IMG/VR virus record: IMGVR_UViG_3300021387_000072
Span: 62,029-126,028 of that record
Length of the DNA stretch: 64,000 nucleotides
Source: a virus
Taxonomy: Duplodnaviria > Caudoviricetes
Reading direction: 5' to 3' (one strand)
Of the stretch, positions 34,901 to 43,505 are shown piece by piece (position 1 is the first letter of the stretch; the number at the start of each line of letters is the position of its first letter). The position numbers were made by a program, and so were the translations under genes. The notes beneath the pieces are model-generated. The model had not been told where the DNA came from. It searched no databases and worked only from the letters and a program-made list of their open reading frames with translations.

Positions 34901-36183
34901 CAGATATCTATGCCATGATTCAGAAAGGTGTATTTACTTCCAATGTAGACTCCTCTCTGAACAGAGCACCGGATTCTGAATACTATCACATTGCACAGTC
35001 ATCTTCTGAAACAGTGTTCAATATTACCATGGGTAATGACTATGACTTTAACAACGTTACAAGTAATGAGCTTGTTCCGCTTGGAGGAACACTGACATTT
35101 ACTTCATCTTCAAACGGCAGACGTACAAGCGCCCAGTTGTTTAATGAAGATAAATCATTCACACTTGCCATTGACTATAAATTCAATTCAAGTAATGCGA
35201 ATCAGGTTCTTATGGCATGTATTAATGGTACGTTTGGTATTCAGCTTATGCAGACTTCCAGAGGTCCTGCTATACAGTATCACGGAACATCGTATTATCT
35301 TACGGATGGCAGCGGTGAATCGCTGACAAGGAATATAGTTGTCATAAGGCACACCAAAGGCTCCAACAATGTTGTGATTTATGCAAGTAATATTTCTGAT
35401 ACAACAACATACACGCCGAAGAAGATGACAACAACGTGGACTGGCAGTTATACAGCCAATGCTACGCTTTCTTTCGGTGCTAAGTTTGCTGTAGACGGAA
35501 CCATAAGCAACAAAGCAGAAGGCAGTATCTACTGGGCAAAGCTCTGGGAAGATGACCTTGGTGATTCGACTGCCAATATGATTGCTATATGGCCAAGGGA
35601 AACCTATATGTTTGCAGTTGCTGGCAGAGATATTGATGACTTCCATCTGTATGAAAAGGCTGACCAGGATGGGTATTATGCAGGCATTGTTTTTTACATG
35701 AGAAACTGTTTGAGCACATATATACCTGCTACTAATCAGTCATCGGGATACTCCAATATATTGTATCCCAATACGTTCATTCATCCGTATCTTAACAACA
35801 GGATAATAAAAGCTATGCCTGCAAAATGGCGTAATGCAATGACTCAGGTTAAGATACCTTATCTTAATGCTGCCAGAGATAGTCTCCTTTCAACAAACGG
35901 TTATCTGTTTGCTCCGTCTTACAGAGAAATCTTCCGTCCTGATCCACCGGATGCTGTTAAGAAAGAACTTACAATAGAAGATGATCCTCTGATCAACCAC
36001 TATACTACCAATCCAAGTAGAGTAAAGACCAGTGGAGATAACGGTGTTGCAGTCGCATACTGGACAAGAACACGTACAGGATATGACGATTCTTATCTGC
36101 TCTTCCTTATACAGGATGATGGTCAGCCTAATATGGGCTATTCAGAAAGTGATCTTGGATTAACATTCGGATTTGCAATGTAA
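28954..36183 (+). CDS. 2409-aa multidomain tail fibre/adhesin-like protein (YYTK repeats, LamG-like, CotH-kinase-like, LRR, C-terminal lectin-like domain)
   Basis: DYYTKxQxD repeats, poly-Gly, VQGTTS.KYPRKN, DNRAKN, YDLDSCFG, LxxLxL repeats, YWTRT...FGF end. Confidence 0.7.
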   Translation: MPSQTTNYELPLVPRDEKVMTFLEWRTLVNGTDSSSAMNKIDSALKTLSDQVSGGAAGISYNATNGTLSLISSTGSSIGQAITLDVYTRSQIEAKISGFKSESQINDLITTKLTGGTDKYMKESDVTNAIIDRVAGDEGYLKDYYNKEEVQQMVNNVDISGRLQNYATKDSVYTKDQTYTKQEVDNKIASSSGPEVDLSDYYTKSQTDTQISNAVTTAKSDYYTKNQVDGLLSNVSVDLSTLADNTAIGMDGARTIREMNTDILTLQSSMSSAVIDVDSSPNPEDTAKTDITFTMGDESTKTITIAGGGGGGGGSTYAMLVTNQYPTGSRRITAVSGQTVVLPFNFRVFFNGTEMSQGEEEAVMTAQYRIGNGAWYTFIEDETVTNGNTISRDVSRYLRGGNVTSVQFSLTLSSDNTIVRTIQYDITCLEISMNSSYTSGSMYTSDFNIPFTCIGRGIQKTLHVVVDGNTGNEKTVNLGTSSGEELTYKVEASAFNLTYGAHVIEMYFMATDVDLPSNTLKYIFFYNDGSSTNTMIGAYLENTNVTYGDVLTINYIVNNPQGEGVDSITFDTGYLDANNNFVITEEYVENNVANFVMSTKQLLDYPESGNCLVDIKCYVGGVVTRNISLSFFVTKSAVSYNQINTDLIYVYKANGRSNNSNDKERYIYKIDDNDNKKIYTTFDNFNWASDGYSETNTLVLRDQARMNIYLPVLKSSGSNRASLFGESSDTIVQFDSKQNAVMTDVGRTIEFDLNMMDVVDQNTAVVEYSDANSGASFKITPQMCYMLARGQSINLDETGFILNEETVACAYLKDNKRLRISFVIEPVKTSTYTDTNGTERTIEVQCVNIYINGAYAKSYRYNSSLNYDSNYSTKDDCIIKIGSSDCTTKLYEVRIYNKALPYRGILQNYMNAPISMADRRENNIANDFLESESFDVSYAKAVYQYPCLLHIGEFSPSKSDEKKCGWVLTKPVLDTAGKPTGEYTTEFKCVDQINGVFVSSNKVQGTTSQKYPRKNFKAKLAKVSSTDPTKSEKVKYPIDGYDDQGNALSTKESTLCFKMDFMSTDHANTFNANLADTLYKDREPGSKVQNTVHGFRCLLFHMDQKDFNPEKTNFANLNDYPEETISFAGDGCLNNDKGNADSFGLKTSSPFTYNGTEYAKDTGNVTKQQKWEVTVNTGEIVVFQNDDFFAEGTGQLVNGEIVPTTKVFDALESCYPDQGDLEDEGLQPNYDHIQVMWTWVVQRANFLDPNIDATTKAQRRQIFHDEFTKHFNLDHALIYYLFTEWNALCDNRAKNMFFSCKDLTAEHLVFTNSAKSLADIQTSAGRIDGSKINWTDSQFAIWFTDLYDLDSCFGADNVGYLRIPYYADWYYYTGTKGEQSYSEKFSGAQSYFWRMFEDVFAADIKRMAQELTTPSQQYGDLSYETLKRVHITENAELVCPAIINRDMEYKYDDTWVEGFYNPVSQQYEHDDQYKYIHRGSRTEQKDSFLYKRSRMLYSKYQCGQFLNDSLSFRCGSTIDRNKTGIILEADQKMYLGVRYGDSAPNMTNDMINAGVSASFISPSGCGATDTIYILGASNLTKISDISAFIPQELKIGAAKKIKELIVGSDKSGYVNSVLAKIDTKDNTLLETLNLCGCVALDTTLDLSQNSLIKNVYLKNSSVSTVTLPVGGVLQNLQLEKPFNLTIRNMTKLESLTYTSLANLKTLYVENTPNTNVFLMLMRAFDHLDAVRIVNVDENLTASMLQSGESFEDLYDILLSDAMVGKYIGSDGRAGSGRAVVSGKLHVPSIGQLTKQKIEALYDLEITADTVVSEYEITFVNNDSTVLYTEYLKQNEMPVDPYPIGSGTKLIDKPERYIAPGDEEAAHYSYEFNGFTPALTPAIANATYTATYKAFPKQHTVRWYNGTTLMQEKTASYGSYIEYTGTMPVKAKNGDTCYVFDHWDKSTGYVTGDMNVYAVFNEGYPYTNTQLSNMNKTFTDLEPADIYAMIQKGVFTSNVDSSLNRAPDSEYYHIAQSSSETVFNITMGNDYDFNNVTSNELVPLGGTLTFTSSSNGRRTSAQLFNEDKSFTLAIDYKFNSSNANQVLMACINGTFGIQLMQTSRGPAIQYHGTSYYLTDGSGESLTRNIVVIRHTKGSNNVVIYASNISDTTTYTPKKMTTTWTGSYTANATLSFGAKFAVDGTISNKAEGSIYWAKLWEDDLGDSTANMIAIWPRETYMFAVAGRDIDDFHLYEKADQDGYYAGIVFYMRNCLSTYIPATNQSSGYSNILYPNTFIHPYLNNRIIKAMPAKWRNAMTQVKIPYLNAARDSLLSTNGYLFAPSYREIFRPDPPDAVKKELTIEDDPLINHYTTNPSRVKTSGDNGVAVAYWTRTRTGYDDSYLLFLIQDDGQPNMGYSESDLGLTFGFAM

Positions 36184-36188
36184 CATAA

Positions 36189-36230
36189 AACTCAGAGAGC
36201 CTGCGCATCAGGCGGCAGGCTCTCTGAGTT
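36189..36230 (+). terminator. Intergenic hairpin
   Basis: aactcagagagcctgc / gcaggctctctgagtt perfect 16-bp stem. Confidence 0.55.
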
Positions 36231-36243
36231 GTGAGGTGAAAAT

Positions 36244-37059
36244 ATGTATTACAAGGTTAAGATGGATAATGAAGTGATCGATGTTATCAGTCACATCATG
36301 TTCGCAAGAATAATCAATAAAGCAATCTGCACATCAGATGCGGAACATGCAACAGGTTTTCTCTCTTCAGACTACAAGAAAGTATATCATATAGATGGTG
36401 CACCTGATGGTGAATACTATCCAGACGGCAATGCGGTACTTGAAGAAACTACGCAGGAAGAAGCTACGCTTCTGAAAGAAGTTCTTGCTTCCGGTGCCGC
36501 AGTTGAGGATCAGGATGGGGAAGATGTTGTTGTAGATGAAGAACCTGAACCGGATCCTGTTGCGGAAATGGAAGAGGCTAACGCCGCTCTGGAATCTTTC
36601 AGAGAATGGAAGCTTAAGCAGCTGAGTGATGCATGCAGGAATACGATTGAATCAGGATTCACTGAAATTATACATAACGCAGACGGTGAAAAGATCTACA
36701 GTTATTCTCTGAAAGAAGATGATCAGATTAATATTCTTATGAATATGGATATGATCATGTCAGGTGCAGAGTCTGTCATCTATCATGCAAACTCTGAGCC
36801 TGCAAGAGTATATCTGGCAGATGATTTTAAGAAGCTGGCAATGACTGCCAACTACTGCCGCATGTATAACACGTCTTATTTCAACTGCCTTAAGATGTGG
36901 GTTAACGATCTGACTGACAAGGTTGAAATCGGAAAGATCACCTATGGCAGTGTGGTTCCTGACGATTATCAGACTGAAGCATATGTTTATATATGTGATG
37001 TTCTGAAGAAAATTGACACAGGTTATTCATTTTGCAATCATGAAGCAGGTGCAGAATGA
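36244..37059 (+). CDS. DUF4376-like tail-associated protein
   Basis: KLKQLSDAC...I..G, YSL..DDQ.N, YHA..E, YFN.LK.WV, ITYG pattern. Confidence 0.6.
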   Translation: MYYKVKMDNEVIDVISHIMFARIINKAICTSDAEHATGFLSSDYKKVYHIDGAPDGEYYPDGNAVLEETTQEEATLLKEVLASGAAVEDQDGEDVVVDEEPEPDPVAEMEEANAALESFREWKLKQLSDACRNTIESGFTEIIHNADGEKIYSYSLKEDDQINILMNMDMIMSGAESVIYHANSEPARVYLADDFKKLAMTANYCRMYNTSYFNCLKMWVNDLTDKVEIGKITYGSVVPDDYQTEAYVYICDVLKKIDTGYSFCNHEAGAE

Positions 37060-38468
37060 ACATTCAGGTAAAGATAACCAGACAGGAAAACGCTAACTAC
37101 TTTGGTGTAAAGATCAACCAGATAGTTAACGTAGATATTGAAGACTACACAAGCGGTGTGGTTGCCTCAGAGATAGGCAACGCACCGCTTGAAGCATGTA
37201 AGGCGCAGGCAATCGCATCAAGAACAACAGCATACACCTATTATGTTTTGAATAAAGCCATATCAGACAGTAGCTCAAGTGCACAGGCATTCCGGGCTTC
37301 CCGTATGAGAAGCAGCTCCTATCCGAATGCAAACGAAGCAACTGATGCAACTGCTGGTCTGGTTTTATATTACAAAGACTTGCCTTGTTCTCCCTGTTCT
37401 TTCTCAGCATCCAATGGCGGTAAGACAACTTCCTCCAAGGAACGCTGGGGAGGCGAACGTCCATGGCTGATTTCACAAACTGATATGTGGGATTATGCTG
37501 TAACAAAAGGAAAGAAAACAGGACATGGCGTAGGCATGAGTCAGGCTGGTGCTAAGTACGCAGCCTCAGAAGGATGCTCGTATCAGAATATTTTAGCTTT
37601 CTATTATCCTGGCACGACAATCAAACAAGAAAGCACATCTGGAATTATCAAAGGAGATAATAATATGGCAACGTACAAATACGTTAAAGCCAGTTATCTC
37701 ATAGATAAATTCAAATTGATGAAGGAAGAAAACTGGGAATACGTAAAAGACTCTGCAGAGGAAGGTAAAGTAGACTGCAGCGGTGCTTTTACCTACTGGT
37801 ACCGCAAAGCCGGGAGTTTTATGTATCATGGATCAAATACCATGTACAGAAAATACTCCACAGAAAAAGGAAAGATTGGGAAAATACCACTCGTTCCAGG
37901 CATGGCGGTATACAGATGGCACAACGATGGAAAAGAGCCTTCACAATACAGGGGTGATGGTCTTGGAAACTTCAGTCACGTTGGACTCTATATCGGTAAT
38001 GGAAAATGTATAGAAGCCCAGGGTACAAAGGCAGACATTGTGGAAAGTGATATCTCTACATGGGATTATGCAAGCAAACTGAAGTATACCATCTATGATG
38101 TTAAAGAAGGACAGCAGAGTACGCAGGAACAGCCGCAGAAAGATAACACAACAGCAGTATATGGCGTTGTAAAAACGAAGAATGGCAGGCTGAATCTTCG
38201 CACTATGCCTTCGACGAGCGCACCGATAGGGCTGCGAGTCGAAAGCGGGACAAAGATAACAATATTGGAAGATATGGGTAAATGGTACAAGATTAAGTGT
38301 GGCAACAACGAGTTCTATGCCATGGCTGAATTCATAGTTCCTCAGGAATCCAATCCTGAACCGAAGAAATATATCTTTACCATTACACTTACCGATGATA
38401 ATAAGGATGAAATCATAGAATATCTCAACAGTAAAAACATCAATACTGAAAATACAGAAATGAGGTGA
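37056..38468 (+). CDS. Endolysin: SpoIID/LytB + NlpC/P60 + SH3b
   Basis: VVASE, EACKAQAIASRT, GHGVGMSQAGA, ILAFYYPG; DCSG...HVGLYIG; LNLR...WYKI. Confidence 0.88.
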   Translation: MNIQVKITRQENANYFGVKINQIVNVDIEDYTSGVVASEIGNAPLEACKAQAIASRTTAYTYYVLNKAISDSSSSAQAFRASRMRSSSYPNANEATDATAGLVLYYKDLPCSPCSFSASNGGKTTSSKERWGGERPWLISQTDMWDYAVTKGKKTGHGVGMSQAGAKYAASEGCSYQNILAFYYPGTTIKQESTSGIIKGDNNMATYKYVKASYLIDKFKLMKEENWEYVKDSAEEGKVDCSGAFTYWYRKAGSFMYHGSNTMYRKYSTEKGKIGKIPLVPGMAVYRWHNDGKEPSQYRGDGLGNFSHVGLYIGNGKCIEAQGTKADIVESDISTWDYASKLKYTIYDVKEGQQSTQEQPQKDNTTAVYGVVKTKNGRLNLRTMPSTSAPIGLRVESGTKITILEDMGKWYKIKCGNNEFYAMAEFIVPQESNPEPKKYIFTITLTDDNKDEIIEYLNSKNINTENTEMR

Positions 38469-38803
38469 TTCTTATGGTAGACATGATCTTCGACATCGCT
38501 GCAAAGTATGTAATTCAGGAAATGATTGGTGTTTTGATTGGTGCAACGGCTCTGTTGTGGCGTCAGATCAAGAAAATACATAAGGAAATGGACGCAATTC
38601 GCGGAGGTGTGCGTGGCAATCTCCGTATGCAGATCAAACAGGAAGCCAAGACACATCTGGAAGATGGAAATATATCCATCGAAGACCGAGAGATTCTCAA
38701 TGAACTCTTTGAAGAATATTTCGCACTGAATGGAAATGGACCCGTAAAAATTTTAAAAACTGAAATAGATAATCTTCCTACAAAAATAAATATTGAAGAC
38801 TGA
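38465..38803 (+). CDS. Holin-like membrane protein
   Basis: One TM helix then LR..I...Y..L.GNG motif; next to the endolysin. Confidence 0.6.
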   Translation: MILMVDMIFDIAAKYVIQEMIGVLIGATALLWRQIKKIHKEMDAIRGGVRGNLRMQIKQEAKTHLEDGNISIEDREILNELFEEYFALNGNGPVKILKTEIDNLPTKINIED

Positions 38804-38813
38804 GGTGAGCGAC

Positions 38814-39152
38814 ATGAGAAAAAAGACACGCAAAGCGGAACAGAAAACGATAGCTCACTGGTATCTTCAATATAGCAAAAGAATTGCTGTGTTCGGCATT
38901 GTCCAATGGGCAGTTGTTGCCATCATAGCTTTGGCTCTTGGCTGGTTTTGCGGTGCTACAGATCATGAACTTGAGGATACAATCGTGGCAATGGTCAACA
39001 ATGTATCAACAAGCTCATCTGCACTGGCAATCGCAACGGCAAGCGGCTACTATGCTCACTCCGCTTATGACAAAAAACTTAAGAAGCAGGTAGAGAAAGC
39101 ACTCGGACCTGATGAGAATGAGGACGATAACGAAGAAGAGGTAGAAGGATGA
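38814..39152 (+). CDS. Two-TM membrane protein (lysis module)
   Basis: Hydrophobic segments; GAGGTG RBS. Confidence 0.6.
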   Translation: MRKKTRKAEQKTIAHWYLQYSKRIAVFGIVQWAVVAIIALALGWFCGATDHELEDTIVAMVNNVSTSSSALAIATASGYYAHSAYDKKLKKQVEKALGPDENEDDNEEEVEG

Positions 39153-39424
39153 CTATATGTTTGCTCATAGCAGCATCTTTTGCTGGTATGGAACTGTTTA
39201 TAATTATAATGAATGATAAGATTAAGGAACGATATGCGTATAACCGGCATGAGTTTGCCGCTATCAGGGATAAAGATCATCAGATATACATAATGAAAGA
39301 CTGTTTCAGAAATATGTGCCTGTCACACAAGATTCTTGCCTGTGTGACAGGCACAATTGGCCTTCCATTCATATTCATTAAGTACTTATTGAATGTGGTG
39401 AATTACAAATGGCTGATTCGTTGA
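39149..39424 (+). CDS. Hypothetical membrane protein
   Basis: ATGA-coupled ORF with hydrophobic ends. Confidence 0.5.
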   Translation: MTICLLIAASFAGMELFIIIMNDKIKERYAYNRHEFAAIRDKDHQIYIMKDCFRNMCLSHKILACVTGTIGLPFIFIKYLLNVVNYKWLIR

Positions 39425-39996
39425 CAGATATAATAGTTTTTGGAGCAGATTTGGGCCTCAACAGGCCAGGCTTTAGTCGTATTCATCTGAAAAAAGACAA
39501 GGAAATCTGGCATATAAACTCTGTAACTGTGATGAGTGTAGACAATAAATCAAAGCAAAAGAATATGAAGAAGCAAAGAGGGGAGAAACTTGCTGAAATC
39601 GCAGACTCTTTTATTCGATTTGTTGCTGATGACATTAACAACATGGGAGGCAGTGTGCCTTGCTATTTTGTACGAGAACATTCAATCAATAATGCCTCCT
39701 TTGGTACACGAAGCGGTACCGCAGCAAGAACAGGTATATCAGAAACAGTAGGCGTGATGGACTATCAGCTGTACATGCTGTCAAAGGAATCTATATGGGA
39801 TGAAATATATCCAGTGACAATAAAGAAACAGCTGACAGGCAACCATAAAGCCAGCAAGGATGAGGTTGCCTCTGCCGTCAAACGCTATGTTGGAGATATG
39901 GATTTTAAAAATGATGATGAGTCCGATGCTGTTGCAGTTGCATTGGCATGGCTTATTAAAAATGATTACATCGAGTTAAAGAAAGAGGATGATTAA
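39409..39996 (+). CDS. RuvC-like Holliday junction resolvase
   Basis: GADLG...PG, VRE, P.TIKKQLTG..KASKDEV, DDESDAVAVA. Confidence 0.88.
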   Translation: MADSLTDIIVFGADLGLNRPGFSRIHLKKDKEIWHINSVTVMSVDNKSKQKNMKKQRGEKLAEIADSFIRFVADDINNMGGSVPCYFVREHSINNASFGTRSGTAARTGISETVGVMDYQLYMLSKESIWDEIYPVTIKKQLTGNHKASKDEVASAVKRYVGDMDFKNDDESDAVAVALAWLIKNDYIELKKEDD

Positions 39997-39997
39997 C

Positions 39998-40522
39998 ATG
40001 GAAAAGGTAGCTGAATTTTCTAAAGTCAGCCTGGATCAGTACCTGGCTGACTGTCTTGCTTCTTATAACTTCGAACTCGAAGATGAGATTTCACGAGATG
40101 AAGTCATATCTGAGCTTACTAAAAACTGGAATGAACTTAAGTTGCCTTGCAGATCCACAAAAGGATCTGCAGGCTACGACTTCTTCCTTCCGAAAGACAT
40201 TCAAGTAACAGCGCATCCGAAGGTATTTTATACCGGCATCAGATGCAGAATCGAACCCGGCTGGATGTTGATGTGCGTACCTCGTTCCGGTCTTGGATTC
40301 AAGAGGGGAATGCGTCTGAGGAATACGGTAGGCATCATAGATTTTGATTACTTTAATGCTCTCAATGAAGGGCATATTGCTGCATGTATATCTGCTGATT
40401 CATCTTTTGATCTTAAGGCTGGAGACCGCTTTATGCAAGGTATCTTTGTACCTTATGGCATAACGGTTAATGATGAGGCAGATTCTGAAAGAAGCGGTGG
40501 CTTCGGTTCAACTGGTAATTGA
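39998..40522 (+). CDS. dut: Trimeric dUTPase
   Basis: SAGYDF, PRSGLG, GIIDFDY, MQGIF, RSGGFGSTG. Confidence 0.95.
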   Translation: MEKVAEFSKVSLDQYLADCLASYNFELEDEISRDEVISELTKNWNELKLPCRSTKGSAGYDFFLPKDIQVTAHPKVFYTGIRCRIEPGWMLMCVPRSGLGFKRGMRLRNTVGIIDFDYFNALNEGHIAACISADSSFDLKAGDRFMQGIFVPYGITVNDEADSERSGGFGSTGN

Positions 40523-40536
40523 CCGTGTTCCGTCTT

Positions 40537-40554
40537 CCCCTCGCGCGGCGAGGG
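40537..40554 (+). repeat. GC hairpin repeat, copy 4
   Basis: cccctcgc-gcg-gcgaggg upstream of the thyX/nrd operon. Confidence 0.75.
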
Positions 40555-40726
40555 CCTCAGACGGTGATGGTTTCTGTTTTACTTCTCCCAGAAATCATAT
40601 GCGTGAGCTATGCGCATTAAGCTCACGCACTTGATCTTTCATTTCTATGGTGGATGATCAAGAATAAAAAAGGGAAAGTGTAAAAATCTTTCCCTTTTTT
40701 ATTCGCTTAATGAAAGGAATAAAGAA

Positions 40727-41389
40727 ATGACAGTTGTTGATCAGAGTGTGGAGTTTTTCTATCCACGTAATAAAGAAGAAGCAATTGAAATGCTTCAGCG
40801 TATTGAGTTTGCAGGCAGAAACTGCTATAAGTCCTACAAGAAAATGACTGATGACAGTTATGATACTTTCATAAATGACCTTATGAAAAGAGAACACTAT
40901 TCTCCTCTTGAGTTTGGCGATATCTCAGTGATTGTCAAAACAAGCCGTGATGTTATGGCAGAACTTACAAGGCACAGACTTGCCAGCTTTTGTATTGAAA
41001 GCCAGAGATATGTAAATCCAGTGGCGAATGGCGGCATGGAATTCATTAAGCCTGTCAATGCGGAAAAGAATCCTATATGGTTTACGGAATGGAAGCATTG
41101 TATGTTCATAGCTGAACTCAAATACGATGAGTTTGTTCGTAATGGTGTTTCGAAACAGGACGCAAGAAAAATCCTTCCAAACAGTACGGCCTGTACAATT
41201 GTAATGAAGGCAAATATCCGTGAGTGGCTCCATATTCTGAAGCTGAGAACAAGTGAAGCAGCCTATCCTGAAATGAGACAGCTTGCAAATATGATACTTG
41301 ATAAGTTCATAGAACTGTTTCCGAATGTATTTGGTCCACTAAAAAAAGATAAGGAAGTAGATACTCATGATACTTTACTCAACGGATAA
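40727..41389 (+). CDS. thyX: FAD-dependent thymidylate synthase
   Basis: HYSPLE, ELTRHRLASF..ESQRY, ARKILP, LR...AAYPEMR. Confidence 0.95.
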   Translation: MTVVDQSVEFFYPRNKEEAIEMLQRIEFAGRNCYKSYKKMTDDSYDTFINDLMKREHYSPLEFGDISVIVKTSRDVMAELTRHRLASFCIESQRYVNPVANGGMEFIKPVNAEKNPIWFTEWKHCMFIAELKYDEFVRNGVSKQDARKILPNSTACTIVMKANIREWLHILKLRTSEAAYPEMRQLANMILDKFIELFPNVFGPLKKDKEVDTHDTLLNG

Positions 41390-41564
41390 TTGTCCGAGAT
41401 GTTCACTTCTTAAAAAACTTTTGAATGAAAAGAACGTCCCGTATGAAACCCATAGCGACGAAAAAGAAATGGAATCCAAAGGTATCCTGACTGTACCCCA
41501 AATTGAAATTAACGGCATGCTTATGTCCTTTACAGAAGCAGTTGCTTATGTGAAAGGACTGTGA
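41367..41564 (+). CDS. Glutaredoxin-like protein (NrdH-like)
   Basis: CPRC active site, cis-Pro TVP. Confidence 0.85.
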   Translation: MILYSTDNCPRCSLLKKLLNEKNVPYETHSDEKEMESKGILTVPQIEINGMLMSFTEAVAYVKGL

Positions 41565-41567
41565 CGT

Positions 41568-43505
41568 ATGGCTTTAATAGATAAATATGAACAATATAGA
41601 AAAGATCTCAACTTCGTAGTGAAATATTCGAACTCCATCAATGCCGCATCAGGCAGTGAGGTGGATTCGAACTCCAATGTGTCAGGCAAAAACATTGCTA
41701 CAATGGCACCGGAGGTACATAAGAAAGAGAATATATACGCCAACAGACTCGCCATGCATGATAAGCTTGAAGAAATGTTCGGCAAGGAAACTGCTGACGA
41801 ATATCTGAGACAGATTGAGTCTCATGAAATATATATGCACGATGAGTCAACATTCCCATTCCCTGTACCGTACTGTGCAAGCATTACACTTTATCCATTC
41901 CTCTTTGATGGAATGACAAAGCTGTCCGGTACAACACTTGCACCGAAGAATCTCGATGCATTCTGTGGTGGGTTTGTTAATCTCGTGTTTGCGGTAGCCG
42001 CACAGCTAAAAGGTGCTGTATCTACACCGGAATTCCTGGCATATATGGATTACTTCCTGCGTAAAGAGTATGGAGATGACTATTATCAGCATGCTGACAA
42101 GATTGTAGACCTCTCACTCAGACAGAGAACGATTGATACGGTTATCACAGATCATTTTCAGCAGGTGATATATTCAATTAACCAACCCGCTGCGGCCCGT
42201 GGATCGCAAAGCGTTTTTTGGAATATAGCATACTTTGATAAGTATTATTTCACACAGCTGTTTGAAGATTTTTGCTTTCCAGATGGAACCACAATGAAAT
42301 GGGAGTCTGTAAGCTGGCTTCAGAAACGGTTTATGAAATGGTTTAATCGGGAAAGACTGAGGCATATTCTTACTTTCCCAGTTGAATCGCTGTCTCTCTT
42401 GAACGACGGCGAGAAATTCATGGATGAAGAGTGGGCAGACTTTGCAGCAGAAATGTATGCTGAAGGCCATTCATTTTTTACATATACGAGTGACAGCGTA
42501 GACAGTTTGGCAAGCTGCTGTAGACTCCGCAATGGCATAACTGAAAATCAGTTCTCGTATACACTTGGTGCTGGCGGTATTGCTACAGGATCGAAGTGTG
42601 TTATTACCATGAATCTGAATAGACTTGTCCAGAATACAATGTGCGATCTGATGGACTGCAAACCTGGGGAAGAAGACATGAGTGAGATTAGAAATGAGAG
42701 TAACTTCGGACAGAACCTTGAAGACATCTCATTTGCTGTCGAGAAACAGGTAAAGAAGATCCATCAGTATCTGCTTGCGTTCAATGAAAACCTTCTCGAT
42801 CTCAAGAATAAACGCATGATCACAATCTATGACGCTGGTTTTATTGCGCCTGAGAAACAGTATCTTACTGTTGGCATCAACGGTCTTGCAGAAGCAGCTG
42901 AGTATCTTGGCATTAAGATATCTGCTGACTGCAAAGAATATCAAAGATTTGTTGAAGCAATACTTAAGCCTATATACGAGGCAAATAAGAATGCAAAGAC
43001 AAAGACTGTGATGTTTAATTGTGAATGCGTACCGGCAGAGAACCTCGGCGTGAAGTTCGCCAAGTGGGATAAAAAGGCTGGATATAAAGTACCTCGTGAC
43101 TGTTATAATTCTTACTTCTATCTTGTGGAAGACAATACGACAAACCCGATTGATAAGTTCATACTTCACGGAAAAGAATTTACACAATATCTTGACGGTG
43201 GTTCCGCTCTCCACTGCAATTTGGAAGAACATTTAAGCAAAGAACAGTATAAACTTCTTCTTAATTATGCAATTAAGACCGGATGCAACTACTTCACTTT
43301 CAATATTCCAAATACAATCTGTAATGACTGCGGATATATCAGTAAGCATAAACTTGAATCATGTCCGAAGTGCGGATCTGAAAACCTTGATTATGCAACA
43401 AGGGTAATCGGCTATCTTACAAGGATTTCCAAGTGGTCAGCTGACAGACAGGCTGAACATGCCAGAAGATATTATGCCAAGCAAGGGGCTGTTATGAAAT
43501 GTTGA
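41568..43505 (+). CDS. nrdD: Anaerobic ribonucleoside-triphosphate reductase
   Basis: TFPVE, SCCRL, VPAENL, C-terminal Zn site, glycyl radical TRVIGYL. Confidence 0.95.
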   Translation: MALIDKYEQYRKDLNFVVKYSNSINAASGSEVDSNSNVSGKNIATMAPEVHKKENIYANRLAMHDKLEEMFGKETADEYLRQIESHEIYMHDESTFPFPVPYCASITLYPFLFDGMTKLSGTTLAPKNLDAFCGGFVNLVFAVAAQLKGAVSTPEFLAYMDYFLRKEYGDDYYQHADKIVDLSLRQRTIDTVITDHFQQVIYSINQPAAARGSQSVFWNIAYFDKYYFTQLFEDFCFPDGTTMKWESVSWLQKRFMKWFNRERLRHILTFPVESLSLLNDGEKFMDEEWADFAAEMYAEGHSFFTYTSDSVDSLASCCRLRNGITENQFSYTLGAGGIATGSKCVITMNLNRLVQNTMCDLMDCKPGEEDMSEIRNESNFGQNLEDISFAVEKQVKKIHQYLLAFNENLLDLKNKRMITIYDAGFIAPEKQYLTVGINGLAEAAEYLGIKISADCKEYQRFVEAILKPIYEANKNAKTKTVMFNCECVPAENLGVKFAKWDKKAGYKVPRDCYNSYFYLVEDNTTNPIDKFILHGKEFTQYLDGGSALHCNLEEHLSKEQYKLLLNYAIKTGCNYFTFNIPNTICNDCGYISKHKLESCPKCGSENLDYATRVIGYLTRISKWSADRQAEHARRYYAKQGAVMKC

